DNA from: an uncultured Bacteroidota bacterium
Lineage (GTDB): Bacteria; CLD3; SB21; JBBIRG01
NCBI GenBank assembly: GCA_964609675.1
Contig: CAZSRX010000021.1
Span: 373-64,372, forward strand
Length of the DNA: 64,000 nt
Direction of reading: 5' to 3'
Shown: positions 59,663-64,000 of the stretch, piece by piece
How positions within the stretch are numbered: position 1 is the stretch's first letter
Layout: every line of letters begins with the position of its first letter
The notes under the pieces: model-generated
What the model was told of the DNA's origin: nothing
The model's database searches: none
Seen by the model: the letters and a program-made list of their open reading frames with translations, nothing else
Translations under genes and position numbers: made by a program

Positions 59663-61573
59663 ATGAAGCAACACCTGTTATGGATGATTATGATTACCGC
59701 ATTACTGACGCTCGATAATTCCGTTTTCGCGCAGAAGCCGCGTTCGGAAATAGCCGATACGGACAAATGGAATCTGGCGGATTTGTATCCCTCCGACAAC
59801 GCCTGGAAACAGGCCAAAGACAAGCTCAGCGCCGACATTCCCAAACTGCAGGCCTATCAGGGCAAACTCGGTGAATCGGCAAAACAACTGCTGGAATGCC
59901 TGGAAACAAACTCCAACTTCGGAAAAACGTACGCCCGTCTGGTCAGCTACGCCTCGATGGCTTCAGACCAGGATACGCGCGATTCCAAATACATGAGCAT
60001 GAAACAGGAAATCTTTCAGATGGGATCGGCTCTGGGCGCGGCGAGCGCGTTTATCGAACCCGAAATCCTGAAAATCGACCAATCCCGGATCGAGGCCTTT
60101 ATCCGGTCGGAAAAAGGGCTCGAAGTTTACCGGTTTTATCTCAACGATATTCAGCGGCGCAAAGCGCACACCGGCACCGAGGGTGAAGAAAAGATTATCG
60201 CCGACGCCGGGTTGATGGCCGATGCCGCGCAGTCCATATTCAGTATTTTCTCTAATGCCGATTTCCCTTATCCCGAAGTGACGCTCGCCGACGGTAAAAC
60301 GGTCAAACTCAACCAGGCCGGTTTCAGCGCCGCCCGTATCCTGCCGAACCGCGAGGACCGGGAAAAAGTTTTCGCGACATTTTTCGGAAAGATCAACGAT
60401 TTCCGCCGGACTTTCGGCATGCAGCTTTACGGCGAACTTAAAACGCACATGTTCTACCGCAACGCGAGAAATTACACCTCCTGCCTCGAAAGTTCTCTGG
60501 ACGCCAACAACATTCCCGTGGAAGTCTATCATAAACACATCGCCAATGTCAACGCAAACTTGCCGGTATTTCATCGGTATTTAAAATTACGCCAACGGAT
60601 GATGGGCGTGGATCAGCTCCATTACTATGACCTTTACGCGCCTTTAGTCCGCGGCGTGACTCTGGAATATTCCGTGGACGAAGCTAAAAAGCACATCCTC
60701 GCTTCCCTGGCACCTCTGGGCAAGGAATATGTCGATGTAATCGACCGGGCGTTTAAAGAGCGCTGGATTGATATGTATCCTACCGAGGGCAAACGTACCG
60801 GCGCCTATTCCAACGGATCGGCATACGATGTGCATCCCTACATGCTGATGAATTATCAGAACCAGTACAACGACATGACCACTCTCACCCACGAACTCGG
60901 TCATTCCATGCAGAGCTACCTCTCCAACAAGCATCAGCCGTATCCGCTGGCCAATTATCCGATATTTGTGGCTGAGGTCGCGTCCACGTTCAATGAAGCC
61001 CTGCTGATTGACTATATGCTCAAGACTATCAAAGACGACGAGATACGGCTTTCCCTGCTCGGCAATTTCCTTGAAAACCTGAAAGGCACGGTCTTCCGCC
61101 AGACGCAGTTTGCCGAATTTGAGCTCAAAATCCACGAACTGGCGGAAAAGGGCGAAGCGCTCACCGGCGACCGGTTTAATGAGATTTATTACGAAATCAC
61201 TAAAAAATATTACGGTCATGATCAGGGCGTCTGTATTGTTGATGATGCAATCAAGGCTGAATGGGCCTATATTCCGCATTTCTATTATAACTTTTATGTT
61301 TATCAGTACGCCACGTCCTTTACCGCGTCGGCGGCTCTGTCTGAAAAAGTCCTGTCCGGCGATAAAAAAGCCGTCAAAAGTTATATCGAATTCCTTTCCG
61401 CAGGCGGATCCGATTACCCCATTAATCTCCTCAAAACCGCCGGCGTGGACATGATGACCTCCCAGCCCATGGAACTGACCATGAAAAAAATGAGCCGCGT
61501 TATTGACGAGATGGAAAAGATTCTCGATAAAAAAGAGAAAAACGATACGGTTAAAAAAGACAATAAAAAATAA
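59663..61573 (+). CDS. pepF: M3-family oligoendopeptidase (PepF-like), secreted
   Basis: Signal peptide MKQHLLWMIMITALLTLDNSVFA. HELGHSMQSY (HEXXH) in an M3B-like context. Confidence 0.75.
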   Translation: MKQHLLWMIMITALLTLDNSVFAQKPRSEIADTDKWNLADLYPSDNAWKQAKDKLSADIPKLQAYQGKLGESAKQLLECLETNSNFGKTYARLVSYASMASDQDTRDSKYMSMKQEIFQMGSALGAASAFIEPEILKIDQSRIEAFIRSEKGLEVYRFYLNDIQRRKAHTGTEGEEKIIADAGLMADAAQSIFSIFSNADFPYPEVTLADGKTVKLNQAGFSAARILPNREDREKVFATFFGKINDFRRTFGMQLYGELKTHMFYRNARNYTSCLESSLDANNIPVEVYHKHIANVNANLPVFHRYLKLRQRMMGVDQLHYYDLYAPLVRGVTLEYSVDEAKKHILASLAPLGKEYVDVIDRAFKERWIDMYPTEGKRTGAYSNGSAYDVHPYMLMNYQNQYNDMTTLTHELGHSMQSYLSNKHQPYPLANYPIFVAEVASTFNEALLIDYMLKTIKDDEIRLSLLGNFLENLKGTVFRQTQFAEFELKIHELAEKGEALTGDRFNEIYYEITKKYYGHDQGVCIVDDAIKAEWAYIPHFYYNFYVYQYATSFTASAALSEKVLSGDKKAVKSYIEFLSAGGSDYPINLLKTAGVDMMTSQPMELTMKKMSRVIDEMEKILDKKEKNDTVKKDNKK

Positions 61574-61596
61574 ATACCAGAAAATTCAGAATTCAA

Positions 61597-61629
61597 CGGA
61601 TAACAACGACAGTTGTTATCCGTTTTTTT
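61597..61629 (+). terminator. rho-independent terminator after pepF
   Basis: CGGATAACAAC-GACA-GTTGTTATCCG hairpin followed by TTTTTTT. Confidence 0.6.
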
Positions 61630-61772
61630 ATTGTTCATTGTTACTGAAATCTTTCAGAAAAAAATTTGACTTTAATTATATATATGTATATTTTCGGGCT
61701 CTTAATTTTTTAAGTTGATTTTATTGTAATTTTGTAATTTACACTTATCAAAAACGTTCCGGAGAAAATTCC

Positions 61773-63869
61773 ATGGCAGAAATAACATCAGGCGGTAGTT
61801 CCAAACGCTATCAGCCCTATGTCGGTGCGGATGTAACCATGAAAGAATTCACCATCCGCGCCCTGATTATCGGTTTGTTCATGAGCATCGTTTTAGGCGC
61901 GGCTAATGCCTATTTAGGACTTAAAGCCGGCATGACGATTGCTGCAACCTATCCGGCCGCCGTCATTGGCATGGCATTACTGCGAATCATGAAAGGCAAT
62001 ATCCTTGAAGAAAATTTTGCCCGTACGGTCGGCTCTATCGGCGAATCGGTGGCGGCGGGAGCTATCTTTACGCTTCCGGCTTTTTTTGTCGCCGGATTAT
62101 GGGACCCGTTTTTCACACCCGGCAATTATCTGACCTCCACGCTGATTCTGATCGCCGGGGGCGTATTGGGCATTATGTTTGTCGCTTTACTGCGCCGCGT
62201 CATGGTAGAAGACGTGGAACTGCCGTTTCCGGAATCCACGGCAGCGGCCGAAATTCACAAAGCCGGACAAAAGAGCGGCGGCGGGTCGAAATTTCTTTTC
62301 GGCGCGATGGGTGTCGGCGCGCTGGTTCAGGCATTGGGACAATCGAAATTTTTCAATATCAGTTACGACCGCTTCATTGAGTTGAAAACGCAGTTTATTT
62401 CCAGCACGGCCATCAAAGTCAAAGGTGGGGCCATCATCAGCGCGCCGGCCATCAGTCCCGCTTATATGGGTGTGGGCTATATCATCGGCCCGAAACTGGC
62501 GTCGCTGAATTTCAGCGGCGGCCTGCTGGCCTGGGGATTGCTGACGCCGGCGATTTATTACTTCCTTGCGCCGTATATTGACGCCGATTTTATCAGCGCC
62601 TGGGCTGCCGAATTCGTCCGCACCTATCCGAACTTCACGATGGACGAAGCCGTGCGCCGGGTTTCCTCGCCGTCGTTCCATTTAGATCAGATCTGGCGGC
62701 TGATTGTCCGCCCCATCGCCATCGGCGGTATGCTGATGGGTGCCGGATACACCCTCTACCGTATGCGCAATAGCCTGTTGACCGGCATTGCCCGCTCCAT
62801 CAGCGATGTTAAAAAAGCGGCCAGCGGCGCCGCGGTTACCGAACGAACGGAAAAAGATATCCGGTTTACCTGGATCATGCTTGGCCTGATTGGCGTCGCC
62901 GCGATCACGTTTGTAATTACCTATTTTATTTTCCATACTTCCGTGCTGGTAGCCGCCGTATCGGCGACGATTTTGCTGATCGTGGCCTTTTTCCTCGCCG
63001 CGATTTCCGGGTATCTCGTTGGGACAATCGGTTCCAGCAATAATCCGATTAGCGGTCTGACCGTTACGGCTCTGGTCATCACGGCGTTGATTCTGGTGGC
63101 CATTGGCGTCAGTTCGGATACCGGCGGCGTGGCGGCAGTGCTTGGCGTCGCCGCGATTGTCTGCGTGGCCGCTGCCGTGGCCGGCGAGATGCTCCAGGAC
63201 CTCAAGGCCGGCCATATCCTCGGCGGTACGCCGTGGAAAATGCAGATCGGTGACATCCTGGGCGTGGCGCTGGCCGGAGCCATTATGTTCTTTGTGCTGA
63301 ATTTTCTCAATGAAGCCGATATCGCCCAGGGCAACCAGAGCGGCTATATCGGCGGTTTCGGAAGTAAGAACCTCGCCGCACCCCAGGCCGGTTTGATGGC
63401 GATGCTGTCCAAGGGCATCGTCGGAGGCGGAATGACCTGGCCGCTGATTGTCTTCGGCATGGTGATGGGTTTCGCGCTGATCCTGATGCAGGTGAAAAGC
63501 CCGATGCTCATCAGCGTCGGTATGTATTTACCGCTGGAAACCACTTTTGCGATATGCCTCGGGGGCCTTACCAAAGGCATTGTGGACATGTACCATACCC
63601 GGCGCCAGCATAACGACGCGCAGAAAGCGCGCGTGGAAAACATCGGCGTGCTCATCGCCGCCGGCCTGATTGCCGGGGAAGCGCTCACCGGTCTGGCGTA
63701 CGCGCCGTTCCGCATCGCCGGCATCGACGTCGCCCAGCATTTCTATGACACGCCGCCGTTCGCGCTCGGCATCATGATCCTGGCGCTAATCGCCTTCGGG
63801 CTGATCGCGATTCCTCTTAAAAATGCCGGCAAGGCTGATGAGCCCGCGCCGCCTTCCGCGGTGATGTAA
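61773..63869 (+). CDS. OPT-family oligopeptide transporter
   Basis: 698 aa, about 16 TM helices. N-terminus ...YVGADVTMKEFTIRALIIGLFMSIVLGAANAYLGLKAGMTIAATYPAAVIGMALL is typical of the OPT family. Confidence 0.8.
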   Translation: MAEITSGGSSKRYQPYVGADVTMKEFTIRALIIGLFMSIVLGAANAYLGLKAGMTIAATYPAAVIGMALLRIMKGNILEENFARTVGSIGESVAAGAIFTLPAFFVAGLWDPFFTPGNYLTSTLILIAGGVLGIMFVALLRRVMVEDVELPFPESTAAAEIHKAGQKSGGGSKFLFGAMGVGALVQALGQSKFFNISYDRFIELKTQFISSTAIKVKGGAIISAPAISPAYMGVGYIIGPKLASLNFSGGLLAWGLLTPAIYYFLAPYIDADFISAWAAEFVRTYPNFTMDEAVRRVSSPSFHLDQIWRLIVRPIAIGGMLMGAGYTLYRMRNSLLTGIARSISDVKKAASGAAVTERTEKDIRFTWIMLGLIGVAAITFVITYFIFHTSVLVAAVSATILLIVAFFLAAISGYLVGTIGSSNNPISGLTVTALVITALILVAIGVSSDTGGVAAVLGVAAIVCVAAAVAGEMLQDLKAGHILGGTPWKMQIGDILGVALAGAIMFFVLNFLNEADIAQGNQSGYIGGFGSKNLAAPQAGLMAMLSKGIVGGGMTWPLIVFGMVMGFALILMQVKSPMLISVGMYLPLETTFAICLGGLTKGIVDMYHTRRQHNDAQKARVENIGVLIAAGLIAGEALTGLAYAPFRIAGIDVAQHFYDTPPFALGIMILALIAFGLIAIPLKNAGKADEPAPPSAVM

Positions 63870-63886
63870 TCTGCCGGGAGCGTAAC

Positions 63887-64000
63887 GATGAAAAGTCCGA
63901 CCCCTAACGACCTATTCCAGTCCGTTCCGGTGCGTAATCTCGAATGGGAAAGCGCCGAGAACAATCTGGTTATTCTGCTTGTGCCGAAATTCAGAAACCG
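63887..64000 (+). CDS. hypothetical protein, 5' end only (runs off window)
   Basis: ATG at 63887 follows OPT by 17 nt. MKSPTPNDLFQSVPVRNLEWESAENNLVILLVPKFRN with no stop in the window. Confidence 0.35.

Noticed and set aside
62187-63724. Several 120-180-aa minus-strand ORFs (62187-62681, 62682-63215, 62921-63334, 63344-63724)
   Set aside because: All are antisense to the OPT transporter gene. They are Arg/Gly/Ala-rich with no motifs, and are GC artefacts.

Overview
The window is 64 kb of a GC-rich (about 55-60% GC by eye) chromosome from a diderm bacterium, judged from LptF/G-family, LpxL-family, outer-membrane beta-barrel and lipoprotein genes. Most of it is ordinary housekeeping and envelope metabolism: sucD, pgpA, pgsA, rnhA, a lipid A acyltransferase, fba, rlmB, the gap-pgk-tpiA-secG block, purE-purK, rarA, tkt, gmhA, ilvE, two tRNA-Leu genes, a peptidase and oligopeptide-uptake cluster, and several sensory proteins (a REC-HK hybrid, a CHASE2 adenylate cyclase, and a propeller-type sensor kinase). 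The first ~9 kb is sharply different. It is AT-rich (roughly 35-40% GC) and consists of six tightly packed, co-directional minus-strand genes running to the window edge. These genes encode two extracytoplasmic vWA (MIDAS) proteins, two small membrane proteins, a tubulin/FtsZ-superfamily GTPase-like protein, and a 1079-aa protein with an embedded Hsp70/actin-fold ATPase core. I read this as a horizontally acquired, envelope-spanning cytoskeletal and chaperone-like module, and it is the main candidate for a poorly described system. A second hidden item is a SelW/Rdx-family selenoprotein gene at 42570-42803 on the minus strand with an in-frame TGA at the CxxU position, which the ORF track missed. 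No rRNA, CRISPR array, integrase or transposase was found. Many long ORFs antisense to real genes are GC-driven artefacts.
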